Of a DNA stretch of 64,000 bases, positions 22,811 to 35,018 are shown piece by piece. Each line of letters starts with the position of its first letter. The first letter of the stretch is position 1. The notes under the pieces are model-generated. The model ran no database searches and was not told the DNA's origin. It saw only the letters and a list, made by a program, of their open reading frames with translations. This stretch comes from Macrostomum lignano (Eukaryota), in assembly GCA_002269645.1 (NCBI GenBank), contig NIVC01001355.1, positions 243,433 to 307,432 on the forward strand, in the 5' to 3' direction. A program made the translations under genes and the position numbers.

Positions 22811-23109
22811 GTTACCAAAATTTATGCTGGCTGGATCAGCTAGATCAGCTGATAATAGTGCATATATAGTCTGTTGCTATACCTACTAATAGTGAATTGG
22901 ACAATTGACATGTAGTTATTTTTCAATTAAAACAGTACTTATTTATTCAAATTACATAAAAATTTAGATAGTCAATATACTATATAGTAAATTGATAGAT
23001 TACTTTTTATTGCTTATAATCTGTAATTATACTGTATTTCGTTTATAAAAATTTAATTTCAGCCAGCTCAACAGTGGGTCTGATTTATCCCTTATTCTAC
23101 TCCATTGCA

Positions 23110-24501
23110 ATGCTGCCAGTCTGTGACACGCCAAACTGTGGCAAAGAGGCCAAATTTCGGTGTCCAACCTGCTCCAAACTGGGCATCGAAGGCTCATTCT
23201 TCTGCACGCAGAACTGTTTCAAAGGCTACTGGAAAGAGCACAAGAAGGTGCACGCACTGTTTGAACAGTTGAAAAATCAGGGTGCCGCACCACTGGGAGG
23301 CGACTTGTCGCAACCGCTGATTGTGAGTCATCAGTCAATCATTCTAATGTGCATTGGACTGACACTTGATCAAATAGCATGGAATATGGATTAATGACAT
23401 CGACGAATTGATTAATGACATGGACTGTGGATTAATGACATGGACTCTGGATTAATGAAATGGACTGCTGATTGATGACATGGACTATTGATAAATCTTG
23501 TGGACTGTACGATCAGTTACTGCCATGGACGGTCAACTCGATGTCTACGGTCGTTTTTACTCTGCTCCCCAGGTGTCCTGGCCCGGCTACAATTTCACTG
23601 GCGACCTGCGCCCCTACCGTCAGAGTCCCCGGCGCCAATTGCCAGACACCGTGACCGGCCGACCGGACTACTGGCGCGACGGCACTCCGTATAGCGAGCG
23701 CCAGGACAAGGGCCTGCTCAGGGTGCTCGGTGACGAGGAGCAGGAGGATATGCGCATTGTCTGCCGGCTTGCTCGCGAAGTGCTGGAGGAGGCGATGCGG
23801 GCGGTCGAGCCCGGTGTCACCACGGACGCGATCGACCGACTGGTGCACGAAGCCAGCATCGAGCGAGACTGCTATCCGTCTCCATTGAACTACTACGGTT
23901 TCCCGAAGTCCTGCTGCACATCCGTGAACGAAGTGATCTGTCACGGCATCCCGGATATGCGGCCACTAGCCGATGGCGATATTGTTAACATCGACGTGAC
24001 CTGCTACCATCGGAGCATCACGGCGACCTCAACGAAACAGCGTTTGTTGGCTCAGTAGACGAGGAGAGCCGCAGGCTGGTCCAAGTCACCTGGGAGTGCC
24101 TGCGCAAGGCTATCGAAATGGTTAAACCGGGCGTACGTTATCGCGACGTTGGCGACGTAATTCAACAGCACGCCCACTCGGCCGGCCTGTCGGTGGTGCG
24201 CACCTACTGCGGTCACGGCGTCCACCGGCTGTTCCACTGCGCGCCGAACGTGCCGCACTACGCGCGCAACAAAGCCGTCGGCGTGATGAAGCCCGGCCAC
24301 GTGTTCACAATCGAGCCAATGATTAATCAGGGCGTATGGAAGGACCAGCTGTGGCCGGACAAGTGGACATCGGTCACTTTAGATGGCAAACGTCCGGCCC
24401 AGTTTGAGGATACGCTGCTAGTGACCGAGACCGGTTGCGAAGTCCTCACTAGGCGCTCGGTTGACGATGGTAAACCGTTTTTTATGTCACAGCCGGCCTG
24501 A
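23110..24501 (+). CDS. METAP1: Methionine aminopeptidase 1 with N-terminal zinc finger; exons 23110-23322 and 23573-24501; apparent 1-bp deletion near 24014
   Basis: C-x4-C...CPTC...FC-x3-C...W-x-EHK-x-VH finger. [34 protein letters not shown] (after frame correction), [12 protein letters not shown] and QFE.TLLVT motifs. The intron is GT-AG, phase 0. Confidence 0.92.
23385..23500. repeat. ~20-bp tandem repeat (ATTAATGACATGGACTGTGG) in the METAP1 intron
   Basis: About five degenerate units are visible. Confidence 0.85.
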
Positions 24502-24629
24502 ACTGGTCCTGCATGGATTGTGTTTGTCATTTTAATAACCAAAATAAGTGTTTTTTCCCGGTTCTTTGTTTGTGTAACAGTCATCCGTTTGTAGAAATTT
24601 GTTTCAAATTTGTCTGTCACGTCGATAGA

Positions 24630-25190
24630 TTCAGATTGAACCTTCAGGCTCAGCAGTCTCCCGAGTCCTCTGATGGAACCTTTAGCAATCAGCACCCTCC
24701 CGAGTCCTCAGATGGAACCTTCAGCACCCTCCGAGCCCTCCGATTGAAGCTTCAGCATCCTCCCGAGTCCTCAGATGAAACCTTCAGCATCCTCCTAGCC
24801 CTCAGATGGAACCTTCAGCACCCTCCCGAGTCCTTAGATTGAAGCTTCAGCACCCTCCCGAGTCCTCAGTGGAACCTTCAGCATCCTTTCGAGTCCTCAG
24901 ATGGAACCTTCAGCATCCTTTCGAGTCCTCAAGATGGAACCTTCAGCACTCTCCCGAGTCCTCAAGATGGAACCTTCAGCACCCTCCCGAGTCCTCGAGA
25001 TGGAACCTTCAGCACCCTCCGAGCCCTCAAAATGGAACCTTCAGCACCCTCCCGAGTCCTCAAAATGGAACCTTCAGCACCCTCCCGAGTCCTCAAGATG
25101 GAACCTTCAGCACCCTCCCGAGTCCTCAAGATGGAACCTTCAGCACCCTCCGAGCCCTCAGATTGAAGCTTCAGCACCTTTCAGAGTCCT
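24630..25190. repeat. ~29-30 bp minisatellite (GATGGAACCTTCAGCACCCTCCCGAGTCCTCAA) downstream of METAP1
   Basis: Visible tandem array. It explains ORFs 24513-25258. Confidence 0.93.
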
Positions 25191-26139
25191 CTAATAGTCC
25201 TTTTATACATTGTGCAGCAGTTGCTCTTCCATATCTCTTTACTGGCATTGCGTTATAGTAGTTTAGGAAAACTTGTTTCGTATTATTTGTACTCAGCGTA
25301 TTATTAATATCTATTATATTGCTGCATTTCCCAGTTCCCATTAGTAAAAGTTATTAAGCAGACGCAATTTTGTGTCCAATTTTAATGTACGTGTATTATT
25401 TGAGTTGTTTGTTTAGCCAATCCACAATGCAATATTTTGCAGTTTTACAGCTGTGTTGACCTCCATTCTTTTTAGTGTTATATAAATGACAGGTTTAGGT
25501 AGTGTAATGTTATGTACAAACACAAAAAATAAGATTGCTTGCAATAATTGCGTGTATAGCTGAAATAGAAATAAACTTGTTTTAAATAACATATTTTAAA
25601 CGCATTAGAATTTCCATCATTTTCTTTTAAAGATGAAGCCACAGTCAGGCCCGATGTATAGATAACACATTATATAGCCTAGTAATGATTTTCTATATTA
25701 AGTATCGCATACAAACCTAAACTGAACTAGTTGCTGCCAAAATTATTTATACAGTACGTATTAATATCGGTTCGCCTTACTTGCCTGCTCGCTTTTCAGT
25801 TGCTGCAGCCTGTTTGTGTGTGTGTGTGTGTAAGTGCGTGTGTGCATCACCATCTTGTCTCTGTGCCTCTGCTGCCTACAATTTCGCTTGCTGTGCATAC
25901 TGTGCATAGTGCATCTTCTGAACTGGCTAGACTAGACACTGAGGTTTATACTGCGTATCACCGGATTTCGTTTCAGTAGCTACGAGCTAAGCTAGTGATA
26001 GTTTTGTCAAAGTTGGTGTAATTGGAAAAAACATCTTATATATTTTTATACCGTGTCTATTGGCTAATCCACTAATGCTACAGTAACTAAATGGGCCACT
26101 TAGTTATATTTTCTTGGTAATAACACTTCTCTACTTTGA

Positions 26140-26640
26140 GTTCAGTAGCAAGGAAGCGTGTGTAAGCTATTTTTCGAAAAGAAGTAAAGTTGGTGTGACT
26201 TGCAGACGTAAACAACTCGCTATTGGTGCAGTCGTAATGTACATTAGCCAGTGCCATTGGAAATGTACATGGGTGGAGCTTTAGGTTAGACGGAACACCG
26301 CGAGGAAGGCAATAAAAATTGAGCGGCGGGACTGGGGTAGAGATTTTACGCGGAAAGACACGGTTGGGGAGGGGGGCTCCGCAACGGGGGAGGGGTGAAG
26401 AGAGCTAATCGAATCTAATGTAATGTATGTACATCTTAACAGCTTTAGGCGAACACTGACAAAGCAATTAAAATTGGGTGGCGCGGCGAAAGGCCGATTA
26501 GAGGGCTAAGCTAGGGGTAAGAGGTCTACTGATTGATTCTTTTCCTAAAATACATTTAAATGCTTTTTGTTTAACTTTCTACTGAACTGAAAGTAGCTTA
26601 CACGCAAATGTGCTGAGCCGAGTGGGCCCATCTAGCTGTA
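26140..26640 (+). promoter_or_regulatory. Upstream block of receptor gene A, paralogous to 49485-49880
   Basis: Shared TTCAGTAGC.AGGAAGC.TGTGTAAGCTATTTT...GTAAACAACT.GCTATTGGTGCAG...AATGTACATTAGCCAG...AATGTACATGG. A regulatory role is inferred only from position. Confidence 0.45.
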
Positions 26641-26725
26641 TAGTATGTGTGGCCTAGTATAGATTCACCATTAAAATTTAATTTATTAAGAAAAGTAAAA
26701 ATTCCATTTCAGTGGTCCGTGTGTT

Positions 26726-29700
26726 ATGCCAATATTAGTCTTCGATTTGGTCTTAATTTACTTGTGTCTTTGTCATGGTAAGTAATAAAACGTGCTTTTG
26801 ACAACTGGGATTGATTAATTAAAATAATAACCCAATCTTTATTCCCTTATCAATAGTCGCTCAGTCAGCAAATCAGCACTGCATTGACAAAGCGATTAGA
26901 AACATCAGTGTCAACATTTACGAGTACAATCCTTATAAGGTGAGTGTGTATGGACCTTTGACAAAATGCAATTGATTTTGCCCCAATCTAGGAATCTATA
27001 GGCAAGGTAAAGCTGATAATTAGGCTTCGAGGTATGACCTGAAGATGAGGCCGCATAACAAAAAATAAGACCACGGTATCCTCGGGATTAGGCCATGTAA
27101 ATCCTCAGGATTAGGCCATTTAAATCCTCAGGATTAGGCCATTTAAATCCTCAGGATTAGGCGTGGTGAAACTGCAAAGAGATAAAAGCCGATGCTTGAC
27201 TTAAGCAATCAGTCAGCTATCTAATTATCCCATCGCTCAGGTACTAACGTACATCCGCGACGCCAAAGGCTATGCGAGAAACCTTCACTGTCGATGGGTG
27301 CTGCGCGCCAGCGATTATACCAACCCGCGTCAAATGCTACTAACAGTGGCAAATGTCGACTTTGACGAAAGCTCTGGCGGCGGTAACGGCACTCTCGGCC
27401 TCTGCAACACCGCTACCGGCTCCGCCGATGTGTTCAGCTTTGCCTTCTCTGGCCAGCTGACCAGCGGTTGGTTTTCTGCTATTTATGATTTTTAACCTTT
27501 CTAAATTACAATGTAAATGTTAGGAACCCGAAAGTTTCTATGCATGCAGTTTATTAGCTTTGTGCCGTACAAACTCGGGCCTTGCCACGCTCTAAATCTT
27601 ATCTCTGCGTGTCTGCTTTTTTTGTTTCCGTTTTCACTCGAAATTTTGCTTAATTAGAAGTGCAGAAAGTTTTCTGGTTGAAATTTTAAGTTTCTCGTTA
27701 TAGCTCGTATAACCAGAGTTACCTGTGTAAGGAGTTACCTGTCTACAGAGTTACCTGTGTAAGGAGTTACCTGTCTACATAGTTAACTGTCTACAGGGTT
27801 ATCTGTCTACAGGGTTACCTGTCTACAGGGTTATCTGTCTACAGGGTTACCTGTCTACAGGGTTACCTGTCTACAGGGTTATCTGTCTACAGGGTTACCT
27901 GTCTACAGAGTTACCTGTCTAAGGAGTTACCTGTCCACATAGTTACCTGTCTACAGAGTTACCTGTGTAAGGAGTTACCTGTCTACATAGTTAACTGTCT
28001 ACAGGGTTATCTGTCTACAGGGTTACCTGTCTACAGGGTTATCTGTCTACAGGGTTACCTGTCTACAGAGTTACCTGTCTACAGGGTTACCTGTCTAAGG
28101 AGTTACCTGTCCACATAGTTACCTGTCTACAGAGTTACCTGTGTAAGGAGTTACCTGTCTACATAGTTAACTGTCTACAGGGTTATCTGTCTACAGGGTT
28201 ACCTGTCTACAGGGTTATCTGTCTACAGGGTTACCTGTCTACAGGGTTACCTGTCTAAGGAGTTACCTGTCTACAGGGTTACCTGTCTAAGGAGTTACCT
28301 GTCCACATAGTTACCTGTCTACAGAGTTACCTGTGTAAGAAGTTACCTGTCTACATAGTTAACTGTCTACAGGGTTATCTGTCTACAGGGTTACCTGTCT
28401 ACAGGGTTATCTGTCTACAGGGTTACCTGTCTACAGAGTTACCTGTCTACAGGGTTACCTGTCTAAGGAGTTACCTGTCCACATAGTTACCTGTCTACAG
28501 AGTTACCTGTGTAAGGAGTTACCTGTCTACATAGTTAACTGTCTACAGGGTTATCTGTCTACAGGGTTACCTGTCTACAGGGTTATCTGTCTACAGGGTT
28601 ACCTGTCTACAGAGTTACCTGTCTACAGGGTTACCTGTCTAAGGAGTTACCTGTCTAAGGAGTTACCTGTCCACATAGTTACCTGTCTACAGAGTTACCT
28701 GTGTAAGGAGTTACCTGTCTACATAGTTAACTGTCTACAGGGTTATCTGTCTACAGGGTTATCTGTCTACAGGGTTATCTGTCTACAGGGTTACCTGTCT
28801 ACAGGGTTACCTGTCTACAGGGTTACCTGTCTACAGGGTTACCTGTCGACAGGGTTAACTGTCTACAGGGTTAACTGTCTACAGGGTTAACTGTCTACAG
28901 GGTTAACTGTCTGCAGGGTTACCTGTCTACAGGGTTACCTGTCTTTATGGTTACTGTTACGCAAATATTAAATAAAAATATTCATAATTCGTCCGGCAGG
29001 TCAAGTATCGTCTCAGCGTTGGTGCTCAAACAGTGACGCTGAACGGGCGCCAAAGCAGATGCTGGCAAATCTGTGGGACTCGTAAGCTGTGGCTTGTGTA
29101 TATGTGATATAAATATTATGCGTTTATTACTGTTATATAGTGCTGCTACATATTATTAACCCACCCCCCAACAGTTCAAACAAACTATCTGTGGAATTTC
29201 AATCCGACAACAGACAGAAGCGTCACAACGCTAAAGGTGTTCAATTAAATGTGCAGATTTTGTCCAGGGACTACTGCTACGTTGACATGCTGTACCACGA
29301 GAATTATTGCTATTTCATCACTAAAGGGTTGCTCACCTTTGACGAGGCGGCCAGAGCGGCCAGCTACATGCTGGGTAGCGTGACTGCGTTCCCGGATGCT
29401 GATGCGGCTTTGCGATTTGTTGATGCCAGTGAGTCTCACAATTGGCCATTTCTCTGCTCTGCTAATCTGCTAACATTTAGTGAGGGGCTATCAGTTCGGA
29501 TGTTGGGGTTGTTAATCAGTCAGGGGAATGTCAGTAGGATATGTCAGTCAGTCAGTCAGTCAGTCAGTCAGTCAATCAGTCAGTCAGTCAGTCAGTCAGT
29601 CAGTCAGTCAGTCAGTCAGTCAGTCAGTCAGTCAGTCAGTCAGTCAGTCAGTCAGTCAGTCAGTCAGTCAGTCAGTCAGTCAGTGAGTAAGGATATGTCA

Positions 29701-29897
29701 GTCAGTCAGTCAGTCAGTCAGTCAGTCAGTGAGTAAGGATATGTCAGTCAGTCAGTCAGTCAGTCAGTCAGTCAGTCAGTCAGTCAGTCAGTCAGTCAGT
29801 CAGTCAGTCAGTCAGTCAGTCAGTCAGTCAGTCAGTCAGTCAGTCAGTCAGTCAGTCAGTCAGTCAGTCAGTGAGTAAGGATATGTCAGTAAGATAT

Positions 29898-29929
<32 letters not shown>

Positions 29930-30840
29930 ATCAGTCAGTCAGTCAGTCAGTCAGTCAGTCAGTCAGTCAGTCAGTCAGTCAGTCAGTAAGGATATGTCAG
30001 TAAGATATGTCAGTCAGTCAGTCAGTCAGTCAGTCAGTCAGTCAGTCAGTCAGTCAGTCAGTCAGTCAGTCAGTCAGTCAGTCAGTCAGTCAGTCAGTCA
30101 GTCAGTCAGTCAGTCAGTCAGTCAGTCAGTCAGTCAGTCAGTCAGTCAGTCAGTCAGTCAGTCAGTCAGTCAGTCAGTCAGTCAGTCAGTCAGTCAGTCA
30201 GTCAGTCAGTCAGTCAGTCAGTAAGGATATGTCAGTAAGATGTGTCAGTCAGTCAGTCAGTCAGTCAGTCAGTCAGTCAGTCAGTCAGTCAGTCAGTCAG
30301 TCAGTCAGTCAGTCAGTCAGTCAGTAAGGATATGTCAGTAAGATATGTCAGTCAGTCAGTCAGTCAGTCAGTCAGTCAGTCAGTCAGTCAGTCAGTCAGT
30401 CAGTCAGTCAGTCAGTCAGTCAGTTAGTCAGTCAGTCAGTCAGTAAGGATATGTCAGTAAGATATGTCAGTAAGATATGTCAGTCAGTCAGTCAGTCAGT
30501 CAGTCAGTCAGTCAGTCAGTCAGTCAGTCAGTCAGTCAGTCAGTCAGTCAGTCAGTAAGGATATGTCAGTAAGATATGTCAGTCAGTCAGTCAGTCAGTC
30601 AGTCAGTCAGTCAGTCAGTCAGTCAGTCAGTCAGTCAGTCAGTCAGTCAGTCAGTCAGTTAGTCAGTCAGTCAGTCAGTAAGGATATGTCAGTAAGATAT
30701 GTCAGTAAGATATGTCAGTCAGTCAGTCAGTCAGTCAGTCAGTAAATCAGTCAGTCAGTCAGTCAGTCAGTCAGTCAGTCAGTCAGTCAGTCAGTCAGTC
30801 AGTCAGTCAGTCAGTGAGTAAGGATATGTCAGTAAGATAT

Positions 30841-30872
<32 letters not shown>

Positions 30873-33800
30873 ATCAGTCAGTCAGTCAGTCAGTCAGTCA
30901 GTCAGTCAGTCAGTCAGTCAGTCAGTAAGGATATGTCAGTAAGATATGTCAGTCAGTCAGTCAGTCAGTCAGTCAGTCAGTCAGTCAGTCAGTCAGTCAG
31001 TCAGTCAGTCAGTCAGTCAGTCAGTCAGTCAGTCAGTCAGTCAGTCAGTCAGTCAGTCAGTCAGTCAGTCAGTCAGTCAGTCAGTCAGTCAGTCAGTCAG
31101 TCAGTCAGTCAGTCAGTCAGTCAGTCAGTCAGTCAGTCAGTCAGTCAGTCAGTCAGTCAGTCAGTCAGTCAGTCAGTAAGGATATGTCAGTAAGATATGT
31201 CAGTCAGTCAGTCAGTCAGTCAGTCAGTCAGTCAGTCAGTCAGTCAGTCAGTCAGTCAGTCAGTCAGTCAGTCAGTCAGTCAGTCAGTCAGTCAGTCAGT
31301 CAGTCAGTCAGTCAGTCAGTCAGTCAGTCAGTCAGTCAGTCAGTCAGTCAGTCAGTCAGTCAGTCAATCAGTCAGTCAGTAAGGATATGTCAGTAAGATA
31401 TGTCAGTCAGTCAGTCAGTCAGTCAGTCAGTCAGTCAGTCAGTCAGTCAGTCAGTAGTATGTCTGTCAGTCAAAATTCTTATAGAAGTGTTTTCAGCTAA
31501 ATATTTGAATTCAAACGCAAATACCATTATTTTTTGTGTGAAAAAAATATGCTTTGGTGGTATTCTTGTTTGACATCGAAAACTGTCAGAGCAATATTTT
31601 TTAATACTATAATGTAGCTTTGTGTATGCCTGTGTGTTAATTCCCAGCTAGCTCAATATCGCCTTTGTAAGTTTAGGTTACTGCATATACAACAAATAGT
31701 ACATCCGCATTCTGGATAGATAATTGAGAGCAAATTAGGCTTGTTAACTTCACAGTGTACTTATTATAACAAATAATAATACTATGTAGAATTATATTTT
31801 ATTGACAACTAAATCGTTATCAAACTCGGCGTTGCGGAACACAAATGCTCCATTTTATATGCAACTCTTGTTTTGACCGGAAATCCGTTGGTCTGTAAAA
31901 AATGATCCTCTGTATTTTGTCTAGTTGTCTACTATTGGTAATATAATAAACAGCTACTAAATATGACTGTAATATATGATGCTCGGCTAGGGGGGCCGTA
32001 GCCCAGCGGTAGCGCAGCTGCTCTGGTGTGCCAGCGACCCAGGCTCGATTCCAAGTGCAGTCACATTAATTTGGGGCTGAATTGGAATCTCGGCTTGGCT
32101 CTGCTCGTGCAATTAACGGCCTTGAGAGCCAACCCCCCAAGGCGCAGTGAAGTGTACATGCCTAACGATAAAATAAAGGTAGGGCCGCTGTACACTCCTG
32201 TGTGATTGTGTGCCTGCGTACGTATCCGCGCGCTTGTGTGCCTGCTCAGGGGAGTCGGCGGAATGGGCAGCAATGCCTCTCGCCGGTTGTGTGCCTATGT
32301 CGCTTAAAGTGCGCCAGAGTGCACACAACCCCCCTGCCTCTAATAAAAAAATGATGCTCAGCTGAAATTTTCCTGTTTTTATCTCAGTTTCTACATTACC
32401 AGCACCAGTAAGTTAAGCAGAGTTGGCCGCGGTTAGTGCTTAGCTGAATAGGCCGCTTGCATCACCCATCAAGGCAACAACTTGCCTTGAGCGAGTGTTA
32501 AGTTAAGCTGGGAGTTGCGATTCCAAATCAAGCCATTTTGCATTGGGCCAAGCGTATATTCATTTTGAATCGCATTGCAGACATCAAGCGAGGCGAGCTA
32601 CTGCCAATGATTGTACCGCTGGATTTGACGTCTAATAAGCTCTGGACTGGAGCTTATAAGGACGCTGGCGATGCTGCCGGAGATAGTATTAGGTACCTGG
32701 ATCCGCTCAGCGATTGCAATGAAATGCGATTTAAACTGCCCCTGTGAGTTGAAATCATTTTTATTTGGAACCCAAATTCTTAAAGTGTATTTGTGATCCG
32801 CGAGCGGTGTTAGATACTTGGTGTTGATTATCTTGTACTTTTGGATGATCTCTTTTATGAGCATTATTGTATTTGGTAGAATGCTGCCACCAGAGTCTGT
32901 GCGTCCATAATACAGAAATCATAAATTAATATTGCAAACTCGATATAATTTTCCTTTACCAGCTCTCTGCTTAGGTAGGTTCACTTAGTACAAAGATAGC
33001 TCAGTCATTCACATAAGCACATTTAAGATCTCACAGAGACAGTCTTTGTTGTTGAACGCGATGCCAGCTGTTGCCAGCGCGGATCAGCCCTGAGACTGAG
33101 CAGAGTGATGGGTCCTCCAGGAGCGTAAGCTCGGGCCACCAAAATATTGGTTTCCTATGTGGCGCCTCTCTGCTGGGTGATTGGAACCGTTGTGGGGTTT
33201 GGGTATCCGAACTGCGAACGAAGCTCAATAATTTTTTGCAATGCTTGGCACCGCCAACCCGCTTGGGAGAGTTGATCCATCGAGTGCAAACTACCCATTA
33301 GACAGGGTCGACCGTAGGCGGGCACAAAAAGCCCAGCGAGATCAATTAAGCCTGTCACTAAGGCACTGAACACCCTCTAATGCCTAGGATCCTCGGTATC
33401 TGGTGGGTAACATTGGTATGGGGTTACCAACTTCTGGGGCTCACGCCTTGCAGGTGTTCATTTTGCCAGCTCCCTTCGCAAGTAGGTTCAACTAGCGCAA
33501 TTGTACTCTTGAAGCAGCACAGAGCGTGATAGTCTTCCTGAAATACGCGCATCTCAACCGGCGACGCGCAAGTTCGTCACCCATCCCGCCGCGGTCACAC
33601 AAATAACCCTATGGATCGGGTGCTCTAACACATAAAATCACATAGACCGTTTTTAAAGTTTGTGAACACTTAATTCTTTTAGACAAACCGAAGACGAAAC
33701 TATTGTTAACCTTCATATAACTGTTATTGCCGTCTTCAACTATTTTGCCTGCTGAAAACTACTATTAGTAACATGATTCAGAACTTAATAATAATGGTTC

Positions 33801-34491
33801 CGTCGCAAAACTGCCAGCCTCTTGCTGCCTACGAGTATTTAAAATCTGTCATTGCTTGTAGCACAAAAACATCTTTTACAACTAGATTCAGTGAATAACG
33901 TTCCAAAATTTTCTTCCTTTATTTATTAAATAGTTCAACTTCAACTTCACTTATAAGTAGGCAATATAGAAGTTGTCAATCGTAATTTATTTCAGAGTTA
34001 ACGCCAGTTCCACTGAATCATCAAACTGCGGCGTAGCATTCCAGCTGGTGTCCGGCAGGCCCGTGTTCACCTGCGAGCCCACTAACCAGCGCCTGCCCGC
34101 CCTGATTAAATTTGCCCAAATTCCCCTGGTAAAGAGGCCGGCAGCAGCAGCCGCTGAAAACCTGTTTGTCACGTGTTTCACCGCCTGGGTTGCCAAGCAC
34201 CAGCCGGCCGCGTGCTCAACCGGTTGCATTGTTGGCATCGTAGCTGGTGCACTGGCGTTAGCCGTAGCGCTCTGCTGTCTAGTGGCCTGCTGTCGCCGGA
34301 AATGCTCCTGGAAGCGGTATTCCCTGACTGCCGCCACCTGCAGGGAGGAGTCGGTCGGGTCCGGCGTAGAAGAGAAATCGCCAGCTTTGCCTGCCGATGC
34401 TGCTGTCGGGTCCGATCTGTCAGACGCTCAAGTCCAGATGATGCCCGGCAAAAGCGAAAAACCCAGAGAAACTGAAGATCCAAAGCTCTGA
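26726..34491 (+). CDS. Receptor A: signal peptide-CUB-atypical C-type lectin-like domain-TM-cytoplasmic tail; exons 26726-26777, 26857-26939, 27241-27466, 29000-29081, 29175-29428, 32581-32743, 33996-34491
   Basis: All introns are GT-AG with matching phases and the ORF is open. Signal peptide MPILVFDLVLIYLCLCH. CUB-like GYARNLHCRWVL...VDFD...WCSN...LSVEFQSD...KGV. CTLD-like YC...YHENYCYFI...TFDEA...LWTG. TM IVGIVAGALALAVALCCLVACC. Confidence 0.8.
27081..27161. repeat. 23-bp tandem repeat (CTCAGGATTAGGCCATTTAAATC), 3-4 copies, in intron 2 of receptor A
   Basis: Directly visible. Confidence 0.9.
27712..28945. repeat. 15-16 bp minisatellite (AGGGTTACCTGTCTAC)n in intron 3 of receptor A
   Basis: Visible array with recurring variant blocks (GTGTAAGG, GTCCACATAG, GTTAACTG). 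Confidence 0.95.
29515..31472. repeat. Compound (CAGT)n microsatellite punctuated by AAGGATATGTCAGT/AAGATATGTCAGT units, in intron 5 of receptor A
   Basis: Directly visible. It explains the SQSV-repeat ORFs. Confidence 0.97.
31990..32350 (+). mobile_element. SINE family A, full length and best preserved
   Basis: A-box TAGCCCAGCGG, B-box GGCTCGATTCC and AATAAAAAA tail. TSD ATGATGCTC(G/A)GCT at 31976-31988 and 32351-32363. Confidence 0.9.
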
Positions 34492-34681
34492 ATATTGCAA
34501 GAGTACCTGTCTCTTTTTTCATGTTTACCTGCTTATCAGTATAGTTTTTAATTTTCAGAGAGACCGGACAAGCGATACGCAAGAAACTATAAAAAATTGG
34601 GCTATTTATAAAAAGTGAACACTTTCTTGCTCTTACACCCTGCTTCATATGAAGGAATATAGGCTGACCACTTTTTCATCT

Positions 34682-35018
34682 GAGCAAAGGGGCTGTGAAC
34701 ACACTGGTGCACTTTTAGTGACATTGTCACACAACCAGCGAGAGGCATTACTGTCCATTGCATCGACTCCCCTGAGCAGGCAGACAAGCGCGCGGATACG
34801 TACGCAGTCATATGCACAGGCACAAACTCACACAGGAGTGTACAGCGGCCCTAACTTTATTTAACGTTAGGCATGTACACTTCACTGTGCCTTGGGGGGT
34901 TGGCCCAAGCCGAGAATCCAATTTAGCCCCAAATTAATGTTGACTGCACTGGGAATCGAGCCTGGGCCGCTGGCACACCAGAGCGCCGCGCCAGACCAGT
35001 GGGTGCGCTACGGACCCC
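34682..35018 (-). mobile_element. SINE family A, diverged copy
   Basis: Aligns along most of its length to the reverse complement of 31990-32350. Confidence 0.82.

Noticed and set aside
24513-25258. ORFs downstream of METAP1
   Set aside because: They derive from the ~30-bp minisatellite.
29700-31396. SQSV-repeat ORFs
   Set aside because: They are read-through of the (CAGT)n microsatellite within a spliced intron.
31990-32065. Possible tRNA genes here and at 39954
   Set aside because: A/B boxes are present, but the cloverleaf is imperfect and the sequence continues into a SINE body (with an A-rich tail and TSD at 31990).
33290-33420. Second HDV-like ribozyme around GGATCCTCGGTATC
   Set aside because: There is an L3-like TCCTCG, but no consistent P1, P1.1 or P2 could be built.
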